Below are positions 37,652 to 50,221 of a stretch of DNA of 64,000 nucleotides, piece after piece. The stretch covers positions 248,001 through 312,000 of the forward strand of contig OZ316897.1 in the NCBI GenBank assembly GCA_973895155.1. Direction: 5' to 3'. The stretch's first letter is position 1. Every line of letters starts with the position of its first letter. A model generated the notes under the pieces. That model made no database searches. It had not been told where the DNA came from and saw only the letters and a list, made by a program, of their open reading frames with translations. The stretch comes from Marsupella aquatica (Eukaryota > Plantae > Marchantiophyta). Both the position numbers and the translations under genes were made by a program.

Positions 37652-38842
37652 TAATATGACTAGAGGAACTTTTTACATGGACTCTGAAATGTTACATGGA
37701 TAATAAAGACATAAAGGTACTTTTTGCATTTGTTATCACCAATAATCTTTGTTTTCATTGAATGTGACCTAATCTTATTATTAAAGCGCCAACTCAAGTC
37801 TACTTTTAAGAGCCTAGGTATAGAGTGAAGCCTCTAGACCGTAACTCTATGGCCATCATGTGCATGGGAGAAACTCATGACATGATAATGTACATACCAG
37901 TTTTCCTTGATAATTTCTATATGCACTATGGCCCCACCATAACATATGTGCATTAAAAAAATACTCATGTGCACATAAAAGAGAAGGGTATATTATATAT
38001 GATTATTAAAATGATGAATTTTTTTTTATCATTTCATTAACCTTCAAAGAATATGGATAGAAAATATATTTTGATAATTTTTTATTGTACTCTCTGCTAT
38101 TTACGTTCTTTGAACGGGTAATTGGGGCTAGTTACTTTAAAGAACACTTCATTTAGAACCGTTTATTTAATCTTTGTATTCTCATCTCCATATTCAAATT
38201 GCAACTTTTCATGGCTCCAACGAGTTGAATAACCAAGCTACGAGTACTCAACTAATTGTGCTTTTTCATGAGTAGCCAGGTACATGGTAGATTGTTGGCT
38301 TTTTATGTGCACTTATCTGGAACACAAGTAACAAAATAAAATGGGCACGCCAAGACCCTGGAGTTGCGGCAGGACCTGCACAAAATATATATTTTCTTGT
38401 GCAAAGCAGGATCATTGCTTAATATGGATACTCTTCGCCACCATAGCCACCGCAATCACCTTGACTACGCGTAGAACATCAACAGCAGCGTAGCGAAACG
38501 AGACGGAAAAAGCGGAAGAGACGAAATGGCCTCGGACGGAGTAGCGATGGAGGTGTATAACAAAGGCGAGTCGTCACATGTCTCATAGGAAGAGGCCGCT
38601 GAGCGTCCAATGGTTTATCGGTAGCTCTATTGAGAAGTGTCGACGAAGGCGAGCGGGAGATCGACCTACAGTAGCCCGAGATCGCATTGGATTAGAGTAC
38701 GTTGCACTGGATGAAAGGGGGAAATTCCTTCACTTGGTCTTCGAGCAGGGGCGTGGCGGCAAAGTGGTGGAGCAGGAGGTAGGAGAGAGTCGAGGAGAGT
38801 AAGAGACGGGGAAAAGGAGAGAGCGGTTGCCATGAGTAAGGG

Positions 38843-41800
38843 ATGAGAGGGAGCAGCCTAATTCTGCCGGGTTTGGGGCCGCCGGTGCAGATTCTGCCAC
38901 AGCAACAGCAGGCCCCGCATCTCCCCTCTGCCTCCACTACCTCTTGCTCCACCATCCTGTCTTCTCACTTCCAGCCCTGTCGATGGGTTCGCCAGCGTAC
39001 CTCGCATACCGTCAGGTCAATCCCAAGCTTCTTACCTACGTTTTATTGTTGTCCGTTGTTGTTTTGTTTCTGTGGTTATTGTCGTAAATACACATTACAT
39101 CTGTTTGTTGTGATCTTCGTTTGGATTTCATTTCTCATTCTTGTGTTTTCATACTGGGAAGTTTTAGTACCTTTGTTTTAATCATTCACAATATTGTTCT
39201 TCACTTGACGGTACTCTTAATCGGTGCCTTTTCATTTCCCTTTCCCTTCTATTTCCCTTTCCTTCTCGCAGCTTCGGTTCTCAAAATAAGTGTTTCCAAT
39301 GCACAGATTCCTGGGGCTGTTCTGTAGATTGTAAAGCATTACCCACCATTCTCTATCCGTCTAACTTGTAAACTGCAATCTTTCATTTTTTCAGGCATAA
39401 GCGGCGGCGGGTGCTTCTCTTGGATAACAAGTTACAACGTGTAAGCTTTTGTGTGACGCAGCTCCCATCTTCTTATCATAGAAATGCCAGAGCGCTGAAT
39501 CAGCAGAGGCCATGGCCGAAAGTAAAGGACGCATTCAACTTCCATCCCACCAAGGATAGAACGTTTGGCGAATCTCATCGACCCCCACGGAATTATCCCT
39601 CTATAGTCAACCAGCACCCCACTGCACTCGAGCCGGAATTCCCTTCCGCGAGCGTATATCAGAGCACGACCCGAGACTTGAATGCACCTCGGAATTTAGA
39701 CCAAAGTACTTCATCATCAACGCTCGAAGTTGTCCAGCCAGGTTCGAAAGCAAGCTCTAAGCCAGTACTCTCAGGGCGGAGAAGGTCACGGCGAGTGGAA
39801 CAGAGTACATCTGATCAGCGAGCCCCTAGTCCAAGTAATGGGCGACCTGGTCCAAGATTTGAAACGAAAAGCCGACCAAGAGTAGAGCCGGCCTCTAGAG
39901 TTGTTGACCGGGCCAGGATCTCTCAAAATGGTCCCGATCCGGCCTGTACTAATTACCGTATACCTGCAACTAGACCTGTGGGCTCCGTCATCAGGCCGAC
40001 CTCGGGCGTGGCAAGACTTTCCAATCCGTCCCTACAGCCGGTGCAGCAGGAGATCGACGTATTTCGTGTTCAACGGAGGCTTCATAAGATGAGTGGCGAG
40101 CTACACAGGCGGGAAGCGCAATCAGCGCAACCTAAATACAGATGGGAAGCTGAATCCTTCGCTGGTTTCAAGGTGCACTGAGGCATGGCAACAATGTAGC
40201 ACAGCTGGAGGCACAATCCCCTCCAACTCGCGCAGGAGCTGCCAAGTGGACGGAAGCTGCGCAGTTTATCGAGCAGAAACGGAACCCTTCACATGAAGTT
40301 GTTGGTGGGAGTGAATCACGTCAGCAGAACACTGACAGCTTGAATTTGGAACTCGAACGATTAGGTGACATGAAAGCTAATTTAACCACAAGTAAAACTG
40401 TGAACTATGTGCTGGAGATTCTACAACCGGAACTTCTATCCGGAGAGGACGAGGGGCAATCTTTACGTATCTCTAAAGATGGGCTGACCGAGAATTCAGT
40501 AGGACAAAACCTGAAGACCGAGGAGGTGCCAACAAGAGCTTTTTGGATGAATGGGCCGTCAACTTCAGCATGGATGATGGCAGGGCTCAATTTGACTGCT
40601 CACGGCAGATTGCAGTCTCGTGCCAGTTATGCCAGGAGAGATTGTTCTCGAGACACTGCACAAGCGAATGGCAGTGCTCACATCCATAGCGCTGCTACCA
40701 GTTGTGAAGCAACTGCTATTTTGCAGAGTCTTCTACAACGAGGCAGTACTTCAGACTCGTTCATGTATATTAAAGCTCTGCAAATGTGCTTGCAACAGAA
40801 AGACCTTTTTGCGACCAAGCAAGTTCATGACTGCATGATCGAGAGTAGAATGGATAAGAATCCATATGTGGCAAGTACCCTCCTGAATGTGTACATCAAA
40901 TGCGGGGGATTGCTGGATGCACGCCGAATTTTTGATGAACTTGAGAAGAAGAGTGTTATTCATTGGAATTCGATGATTACCGCGGATATGCTAAGAGTCA
41001 TCATCCTGAATCCGCCTTGGAAGTTTTCAAATTAATGCGCCAAGAGGGTGCGTGACCTAATGAGGTCACGTACGTGTGCATCCTGAATGCATGTGCCAGC
41101 CCATCAGCTCTAACATGGGGAAAGGAACTTCATGTGTGTATTCTACATGCTGCTTTTAAATCGGATGTCCGTGTAGGGACTGCCCTTCTGATGTATGCAA
41201 AGTGTGGGTGCCTCACAGAGGCAAGGCGAGTTTTTGAAGATTTGACCCATCGAGATGGCATCACATGGAACATAATGATTGGAGCATATGCAGGAAGTGG
41301 CCGTGGTGTGGAAGCATATCGAATGTTTCTTGAAATGAGACGCCAAGGCTTCGAACCAAATGTAATCACTTATGTGAGCATCCTGAATGCGTCTGCAAGT
41401 GCGGGAGCTTTGGAGTGGGTGAAGGAGGTTCATGGCCATGCTAGCAAAGCGGGACTGGAGTCCCATTTGCGTGTGGGCACTGCACTGGTTCACATGTATG
41501 CAGAGAGTGGCAGTATAGATGATGCCCGACTAGTTTTTGACAGATTGGAGAAACGTGATGTTGTCATTTGGAACGTTATGATTGGAGCATATGCTGAAAG
41601 ACGTGGAAGTGTGGAAGCTTATCGACTGTTTCTCCGAATGAGACGGGAAGGCTTCAAACCAGATGCATTCACTTATGCGAGTATGCTGAATGCATCTTCA
41701 AAAGCTAGGTCTTTGGAGTGGGTGAAGGAGGTTCATGGCCATGCTAGCAAAGCCGGACTAGTGTCGGATTTGCGTGTGGGCTGTGCGCTGGTTCAAAGAT

Positions 41801-43704
41801 ATGCAGCGAGTGGCATACAGATATACAGCGAGTGATATACAGATGACGCCCGATTGGTTTTTGACAGATTGGAGAAACGTGATGTTGTCATATGGAACGC
41901 AATGATTGGAGCTTATGCTAAAAGTGGTCGAGGTGTGGAAGCTTATCGACTGTTTCTCCGAATGAGACGAGAAGGCTTCGAACCAAATGCAATCACTTAT
42001 CTGAGCATCCTGCATCCATCTGCAAGTGCAGGGGCTTTGGAGTGGGTGAAAGAGGTTCATGGCTATGCTAGCAAAGCTGGACAGGAATCGGACTTGCGTG
42101 TGGGCTGTGCGCTGGTTCACATGTACGCAGAGAGTGGCAGTATAGGTGATTCCCGACTAGTTTTTGACAGAATGGAGAACCGGGATGTTGTCATATGGAA
42201 CGTTATGATTGGAGCATATGCTGAAAGTGGTCGAGGTGTGGAAGCTTATCGACTGTTTCTCCAAATGAGACAGGAAGGCTGGGAACCCAATGAAATCACT
42301 TATCTGGGGATCCTGAATCCCTCTGCAAGTGCGGGGGCTCTGGAGTGGGTGAAGGAGGTGCATGGGCATGCTAGCATAGCGGGACTGGAGTCAGATTTGC
42401 GTGTGGGCACTGCGCTGGTTCACATGTATGCAGAGATTGGCAGGATAGATGACGCCCGACTGGTTTTTAACAGAATGGAGAAACGCGATGTAGTGACATG
42501 GACTGTAATGATCGGTGGACTCGCACAACATAGAAGTGGGCATGAAGCTTATAGACTTTTCTCCAAATGAGGCGGGAAGGCTTCGAACCAAATGCAATCA
42601 CTTATCTGAGCATCTTGAATACATCTGCAAGTGCGGGGGCTTTGGAGTGCGTAAAGGAGGTCCATGGGCATGTTAGCAAAGCAGGACTGGAGTCAGATTT
42701 GCGTGTGGGCACTGCGCTGGTTCACATGTATGCAAAGAGTGGCAGTATAGGTGATACCCGACGGGTTTTTGAGGGAATGGAGAAACACAATGTAGTCACA
42801 TGGAATGTAGTCATCGGTGGACTTGCACAACATGGATGTGGGAATGAAGCCCTTCAGTAAAATGAACGCAGATGGTGTGAAGCCCGATGGGACTTCATTC
42901 GTGGCAGTGTTGTCCGCCTGTTGTCATAGTGGCCTTGTTGATGACGGCCGTAGACTCTTTTTAGCTATGACGGAAGATTATGGCATCGAGCCTGACATTG
43001 TGCATTATACCTGCATGGTGGATCTTCTTGGGCGGGCTGGACGCTTAGAGGAAGCAAAGCTATTCATTAGAGATATGCCAGTTGAACCAAGTGAGGTAAC
43101 TTGGAAAGCCTTGCTTGGGGGGTTGTAGGACTTATGGTAATGTGGAGCTGGGCGAACTTGCCGCCCAGGAGCTTTTCAAGTTGGAACCGAATAGTGCCTC
43201 TGCATATGTGCTTCTCTCCAACATCTATGCTGCAGCAGGCAAGTGGGACAAGGTGTCATTTGTCCGCGCCATGATGGAAAGGAGAGGTCTTCGGAATGAG
43301 CCAGGGCATAGCTGGATTGAAGTTGATAGCAAGATCAATGACTTTGTTGTAGGGGATACAATCCACTCAGAAGCGAAGGCGATATATACTGTGATCAATA
43401 AATTGACTACAAAACTGAAAGCTGAAGGCTACATTCCTGATACCCGGCTTGTGTTGCATGATATCAATGAGGATAAAGAACTAGCTCTGTGCTCTCATAG
43501 TGAGAAGTTGGCTATTGCTTACGGACTCATTCACATACCTAAGGAACAACCAATCTGTATATTTAAGAGCCTTCGCGTGTGTCCAGATTGCCATACAGCA
43601 ACCAAGTTTATCTCTAAGGTGACAGGACGAGAGATTATAGCGAGGGACGCAAATCGCTTCCACCGTTTATAGATGGCGTGTGTTCTTGTGGTGATTACTG
43701 GTGA
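38843..43704 (+). pseudogene. PPR-DYW pseudogene (23 PPR motifs) with transit-peptide-like exon 1
   Basis: Exon 1 38843-39015 (ATG; S/R-rich, no acidic residues) splices in phase via a GT..AG intron 39016-39394 to exon 2. Lesions at ~40166, ~40981, 41053 (TGA), ~41815 (22-bp duplication), ~42560, ~42853, ~43120 and ~43668. Ends CSCGDYW* at 43704. Confidence 0.92.
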
Positions 43705-44180
43705 CCGGAATGAAAGCTGTGCTGTGCTGGACTGACAGTGACTGTAAACAGTACTAACTGCCAGCCTCTAGTCAGTTAACCAATTCCTTATCTTCAGATG
43801 CTTCTCCCGAACTACATTTTTCTTTGCAGTTTTCGTGTAACTTTCCTACAAGATTGGAGCCAAATCGCATGGGAGAGTTCCGAGCCTTAACGAACCTAAA
43901 ATGTAGTCGTGGCTTCCTTTTGAATTGACAATGTTTAATGCTGAAAGAGGGGCTTTTATTCAGTAAGACAAGTCTGAAGGCTCGCAAAATTTGTGGACCT
44001 TATTGGGCAACAAGAGTTTCTTTGGTCGTCACTGTAATTTCTGTCCTTAGGGTTTAGGGTCTCTTCTTGTGAGAACCTTGCATCCGAGTGGTTGGGATCT
44101 TAATTATTGTCGTAGAAGTTTTCGAGTAAGTTTCCTACTCCATCTGGGTGCATTTAACCTATCTGCTAGCCAGGACTCAG

Positions 44181-44272
44181 CTTTGACTCCTGTAGGCTAA
44201 GGGTGGGCCGGCTTTGACTCCAGTAGGCACAGGGTAGGCCGACTTTGACTCCACTAGGCTTAGGATGGGCCC
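44181..44272. repeat. 31-bp tandem repeat x3
   Basis: CTTTGACTCC..TAGGC...GG.TGGGCC units start at 44181, 44212, 44243. Confidence 0.8.
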
Positions 44273-44496
44273 CACCAAAATTTGGTCAAGTTATCTTTAA
44301 CTTGTCATCACAACCTTTATAAATAGACAAACTTAATTCTGTTTTAGTTAACGCACACCTGCCCATATAAAAAGCCCCATTCCTTGCCTCACTACTCCTC
44401 ATTATTGAAAAGTGTACCCACCATAAAAACATTCATAGTGAAAATGAACCTACAGTATACACTTTGTAATGAGGACGTAGTTTTTTATAGGTGCAC

Positions 44497-44549
44497 TTGT
44501 GGTTTAACTAACCTCGCAACATTCGTTGTGGTTTAACTAACCTCGCAAC
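44497..44549. repeat. 29-bp tandem duplication
   Basis: TTGTGGTTTAACTAACCTCGCAAC occurs twice. Confidence 0.8.
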
Positions 44550-45010
44550 TTTCCTAGTGAGAATGAACCTATATCTCTTTGAATGTAGTTGTTTGAAAGC
44601 GGTACCAAATCGACGTTTAACTATAGCAACCCAATATTCAGGCGATCCTGTAAGGAGCTGGAGTGAGCGTGTTTCTCTTCGAATGTAGTTGAGGATAGGA
44701 CGGAGCTCCGATCTCGAGTTACACATCTCTTTCTTGTCGAATGTAGTTCAGGTCACGAAGGAATACCAGTACCACTTCCGTTGCCTGCAAGCAAGCAGAC
44801 AGTCTTGGGCCCAGATGACCAGCAGCACACAATAAACCCAATCGAAGAAACAATGCAGACTTGAATACTCCCCCGCCTGTAGTTCTTCTTCCTGGGTGGA
44901 ATTCTGATCGATCAGCCTTTCTACCGGTTTGCGATTGACTTCGGTTCCATTGGAGTGGAGGGGATGAGAGGTCAATTCAACACAAGAGAAAGGGCTCGTC
45001 GAAGTCGATA

Positions 45011-47775
45011 GTGGCAGCGGTCAGCGAATATGCGGCACGAATGGGACCGCGAGCTCTGTACACAAATGTACTCCCAGACTGGGTGATTCGGCTAGGCATC
45101 CGGCTGCTCGGGTCTCGGCTGAAGGAGCTCACGCAGCCCAGAAGCAGCTCCAACAGCTCTTGCAATTCGCCCAGCGTCTGTGAGCATCCAGTACGTTTAG
45201 CTAAATGTTTGCGCAGGCTTCCAAAACGTACTTTCAAGTGAGAAAAGTGAAGAATTCATTTTTTAATGCTTTCTACTATTGGTAGCATCTATAGAAAGTG
45301 ATGTGGTCGAGAAATCTTGAAGAAAACAGCTCAGGAAAATATTATTTGTCGCAATTGATAGTTACGGGGAACTTTTCCTCTGTCCTGCCCTGTTCCTTGA
45401 ATCCAGTCCTTTCCGTCCAACGCCCGCAAAACCTGTTCCGCCCAATGCCCCTCCAATTCCCCCAATCGCTTCACGAACACACGATAAAATTCGAAGAACG
45501 AATCGGCGAAGGTAGTCTACGGAAGACGTAAGAAGAATAGGAGAAGGAGAAATGTGCTTTGCAAACAGGAAAGAGTTTCAGCAGAGAGACGAAAGAAAGA
45601 GAGGCTTCAACCCTGGTGTCTCGGTAGATTCAATGAATTCAAAGTCAACAACATCTTACTGGGTGGCTGAATGACGCGAGCTGATGTGCAGTAGTATGCT
45701 TTCTAAAATTTTGGCAGCGTTGCAGGAGATGCCCATCGCGGTGCATACGAGGACTCCAAAGTTCAACATCACGAAGTCCCAAGTGAATTCTCTCGGGAAA
45801 CTCGCTCTCGGAAAACATCTCAAGTTCAGGTACAATTAATACACCATGCTTTGGAACAACGACCAGATAGCGATGTAGTTTGATCGAATGCTTTGTCGGT
45901 TGATGCCGACTCGCAGGTATTGGTGCGCCTTACAAGATCTCGTGCAGAAATATCTAAATAAATAGATATTGACTTTTCAAGCTTAATGAACAGTAATCGA
46001 TACTGTTGAAAGAAGATGCTCTTCAAAGGTTCCTAAGCTGCATATATCTTATTGGGCTGTTGCAATGAATAAAACGATCTAGACATGGAAACTATTTCCC
46101 CCTTCTTTGTAAAAATTAACTATGTTAAAATTGGTCCGCTGGGCTTTTGTATTCGATAGGTTTATTGTGAAGTTTACGTCCCTTTCCATGCGCTGAAATG
46201 TTGCGTCTTGCAATAATGTATCACAAGCAGGACTTGCGGGTACTAAAAATTCGTAAGACGTGTTCACATGTGTTGCCATTTGTTCATTAAGCCGGATATG
46301 GTTGGAAAACTTTTGACTGCTGTTGTTCCATGCGTTCCACTTCTCTCGATGAAGCAGAGAAGGCAATGCTAGAATTTTGTTGTTGTTAAAAAAGCTCAAT
46401 TGGAAGATGGCCAGTCTGTACTAGATCTTGGCTGTGGGTGGGGTTCACTTTCGACCTTTCTGCAAAGTATCCCAAATGTGATCTCACGGGAATTTTGAAC
46501 TCCGGAACACAAGAGGCTTTATAGATGAGGAGTGTCGGTGAGTTGGCACAAGCCTCTGAAAATTCTGCCAAATTGAATCTTCCTCGGGCTGCGTTTTATG
46601 AAAGAAATAAAAGCCTTCTTGACAGTAATATATAATCAGCTAGGTGCCAGGACTTGCAGTCTTTTAGAGTGATACACCAGTTACCACTCTTGTATGAAGT
46701 TAGTAATTTTGCTGTGATAGATCAGGCTGGCAAACATCAAAACTTCACAGTTCACAGAATCCTGACTTGTAGTTCGAAGATCGACACGGGTTTTCCTATG
46801 GAGCTTTTGGTTCCATTTATTCAAGGATAGACTGGAGGTTTCTAAATTGCATGGTTCCTATCTCTGTTAATGGCAGCTAAATTTTCTGTATCGCAGGAAG
46901 CGAGGCATTACAAACTTGAAGATTGTCACTTGTGACAATCTCGTTTGATGATGGGAGAACTTTTGATCGAATTTTGAGCATCGAGATGTTTGAGGTGAGA
47001 AATGAATTCCTTCCTTCAGATCTGAATTGAATGAATTGATCTGAATCCTTGAACCTATTTAAAATTTCATGGACAAATTTCAGCTGTTGAAGAATTCTTC
47101 CTCCTGGATTAAGACCGATGGGTTATTGTTTACTCATATTTTCTAGACACAAGACTATCATTTTGAGGTGTAGTTCTCTATTCATGTGCCTTTGTTACGC
47201 ATGCTAGTCCGGGTAGGGTAGGCTCACTAAATAAAGGTGATGAAAGGTGAGGGACGATAGTCATAGTTCAGTTTGGCAGCTGTTGTTTGTTCCACTGCAT
47301 TCTCAAAGGCAGAACGAAGATGAAACCGATTGGATGGACAGAAACTTTTTCTCAGGAGGCACAATGCCATCTGATTCTCTTCTATTGTACTTCCAGGCTC
47401 AGCTCAGACGTTGCAGAACTGAACTTCATTCTCGACCATTTTACAGGATTTGAGAAAAGATGCTGTTCTTCATTATTACGAAAGGATCTTATTGACTGAG
47501 GCAACGTACAATCTGAAAGGTTGGGGTAAGAACTGAGATGACATGTAATGTTTCCTTTAGGGACAAGCAGAGGCATTTGGGAACAATTCTTTTGTAATTT
47601 ATGTATCTACAATGCCACTTCTATCTGCAACGCCTCTTTTATGAGGCATTGAGAAGCACTTCAGCTAGGATGAAAGATTCTTTGTGGACTGACGTTGCTA
47701 CTGAATGGGCAGGACGACGACTACATCGTGAACCATTTGCAAATCAGCGGAAACATTATATTATGCAATGAGGGT
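45011..47775 (+). pseudogene. Spliced (S)-coclaurine N-methyltransferase-like / CMAS-family SAM methyltransferase pseudogene
   Basis: Exon pieces NVLPDWVIRLGIRLL, LQEMPIAVH..QHHEVP..LGKHLKFS, AQLEDGQSVLDLGCGWGSL (SAM motif I), FDRILSIEMFE, DGLLFTHIF*, DWMDRNFFSGGTMPSDSLLLYFQ, VNHLQISGKHY; contains frameshifts and a stop; C-terminal exons not found. Confidence 0.85.
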
Positions 47776-48379
47776 CAGGTTAGTAAAAAGCTGTACCCCT
47801 ACTCTACCACCTCGACATAAATTGCAAAAGAATTTATGTCTTGCCATGGAACTCAGGTTCACATGGCACATCAACACCTGCAATTTTGGCTTTAGTTAGG
47901 ATCATCGAATTATTGGCTAGTTGTAGTTGTAATGTTGCATCTAGCATCTAGCATCCAGCAATGGCTCCAGGGCTCATCACCAATGTCAGGGCGGTTCCTT
48001 TGTTGCTAGTTCCCCTGTCCACATGTCTGATACGTTACTGCTCAGTAAAGCATTCATTAAATTTACGGATCTACAGGGGAATTTTATAGGGACATGCACA
48101 AAAAATTCGGCAATCTGCAGTAGATGTTTTGGTCTTTCCAACATTGTACGGTGTGTTGTGCAGTTCCAAGTCACTGGCTGCCTCCTTTGGACTAGTAAGA
48201 TCTTGGATAAGTAGGGCAATAGCGCCTCCTCAAATCAAACTTCTTATAGGTGTAACCAGTTATGTATCATGTTAAGAGTTGTTACGAAGCTAGTGCTACT
48301 TATAAATAGAAATCACAGACATGTGCTTACACTCCCCTCTGATTTGCCTTGGGCTTGAAAGTAGGTCTTCCCTCGGTTG

Positions 48380-48560
48380 GGAGCTCCTCCCATCTCCTCC
48401 ATTAAATTGTGGAAGGTTCTCATGGTCATTTTGATGGAGGTCTCCACTTCCTCTCGAGCTCCTCCCATCTCCTCCTCCTTTAAATTGTGTTTCTCATGGT
48501 CATTTGGTTGGATTTTGATGGAGGTCCCCCTTTTCCTCCCGAGCTCCTCCCATCTCCTCC
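48380..48560. repeat. Degenerate 75-85-bp tandem repeat in a probable TE remnant
   Basis: GAGCTCCTCCCATCTCCTCC at ~48381, 48456 and 48541, with shared CTCATGGTCATTT..GATGGAGGTC. Confidence 0.7.
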
Positions 48561-50221
48561 GTCCCTCTAGATTGCGCAACTTTGTCATACTAATTTGCTC
48601 TGGGCTTCAACGGAGGGGCAGCACATTTGAACTTCCACTATTTGGTTCTCGCTGGACAGACGACCCTTTACAATTAGAACCTTTCCAACTCTCGAGGCCC
48701 TGCTTGTCTCCATTCCCTCTCTTGTGCCCTTGACCCTGTTTGGTCCGTCTCCACGTTTCCGAGCTGCAGCAATTGCTGCTTCACCTGTTGAATTTGTCCG
48801 ATTTCTCTGCGGGGTTTCTGATTCCTCTTCCTCAAACTGGACGGATCTGAAAATCCAACGACTGGGGTTCCACCAGAACCTCTTCTCTACAGCTCTCATC
48901 GAAGATTTCCAAACTCGAGCTCCCGGATAGGAAACGATGGCGCCAAAATAGTGGCCCTCAATCCTTGTTTTGTCCACCCTTCAGAATTTTGCGGCTGGCC
49001 TCAAGTTCCAGCTAACACATTCACCATTGAAAAAGGTGATTTGATGCTACATCCAAGCTAAGTGCATTCTTTGTGAGAGGGTTTCTAAGAAAACAAATTG
49101 ATTTTGAGTCTTTGGCCTAAACATTTGATTAAGTCAAACACGACATAGGGAGGGACCAATTACCAACTAAGTCGTACACTATTCTACAACCCTTAGTTTG
49201 GAACAATCCATTCTGTCCGTTGTTGTTAGGTTTCTGTCCTTGACATATACACATTACTTTTTGCTTGTTGTGACCTTCGTTTAGATTTCGTTTCCCATTC
49301 TTCTGTTGCTGGACTTAAAAAAATTGCCGCACATGTTGAAATCTGTAAATGTCCTCTGTTTTAATACTTCGCTCATTTACAAACTGGGACGTACTCTAAA
49401 CCGGTTCGACTAAGGCTACGAGCAGTAAATCTCTTAGGTTGGGTCCTTTATATTCAATGGAGGAGTGCTTCTCTTCCCTTCCCTTCGCTTCTCAAGAAGT
49501 GTCTCTAATCCTTGGTCTCTTAGATATTACAGCATTCCCCACCATTTTCCATCCCTCTATGTAAACTGCATTTTTCGTTTTTTCAGGCATTCCATCTTTT
49601 CTTCATGGAGATGCCAGAGCGCTGAAACGGCAGAGGCCATGGCCGAAAGCAAAGTTTAAGGACTCATTGAACTTGTATCCCACCAGGGAACCGAAGAAAA
49701 CTCTGTATGTACAGTCTTTGAATCGAACGTTTGGCGAATCTGATGGACCCCCAGGGAATTATCCCTCTCTAGTCTCCCAGCTCCCCACTGCACTTAAGCA
49801 CCAATTCCCTTCCGCGAGCGTATATCAGAACAGGGCCCGCGACTTGAATGCTCCTGGGAATTTAGAAAAGTACTTCATCATCAACGCTCAAACGTGTCCA
49901 ACCAGGTTCGAAAGCAAGCTCTAAGCCAGTACCCACAGTCAGCACTATCTCAGAGCAGAGATGATCACGGCGGGCAGAAAGGAGTACATCTGATCAGCGA
50001 GCCTCAACTCCAAGCAATGGGCGATCTGGTCGAAGCTTTGAAACGAGCTGCATGCTTGGTAAACCAACTCCCAAGAAGCTCAAATATAATTGCCTTTAGC
50101 AATGCCAATCTGAATTCCAGTAAGCAGATCGAAGCCGGAGTGGTATCGAAGAATGTAATCTCTTATCAAACAGTGCGGAAGGAGTCCTGACGGTGGTGCA
50201 CGTGTGCTATCGAACAGCCAA

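Noticed and set aside
44047-44059. TTAGGGTTTAGGG as another breakpoint scar
   Set aside because: No identifiable junction on either side; could be an ordinary telo-box. The tracts at 693-739 and 57.7-57.8 kb look internal to repeats and were likewise not counted.
44181-44750. Short spaced repeats (31-bp units; GAATGTAGTT motif x3) as a CRISPR-like array
   Set aside because: Eukaryotic context, no constant-length unique spacers and no cas genes.
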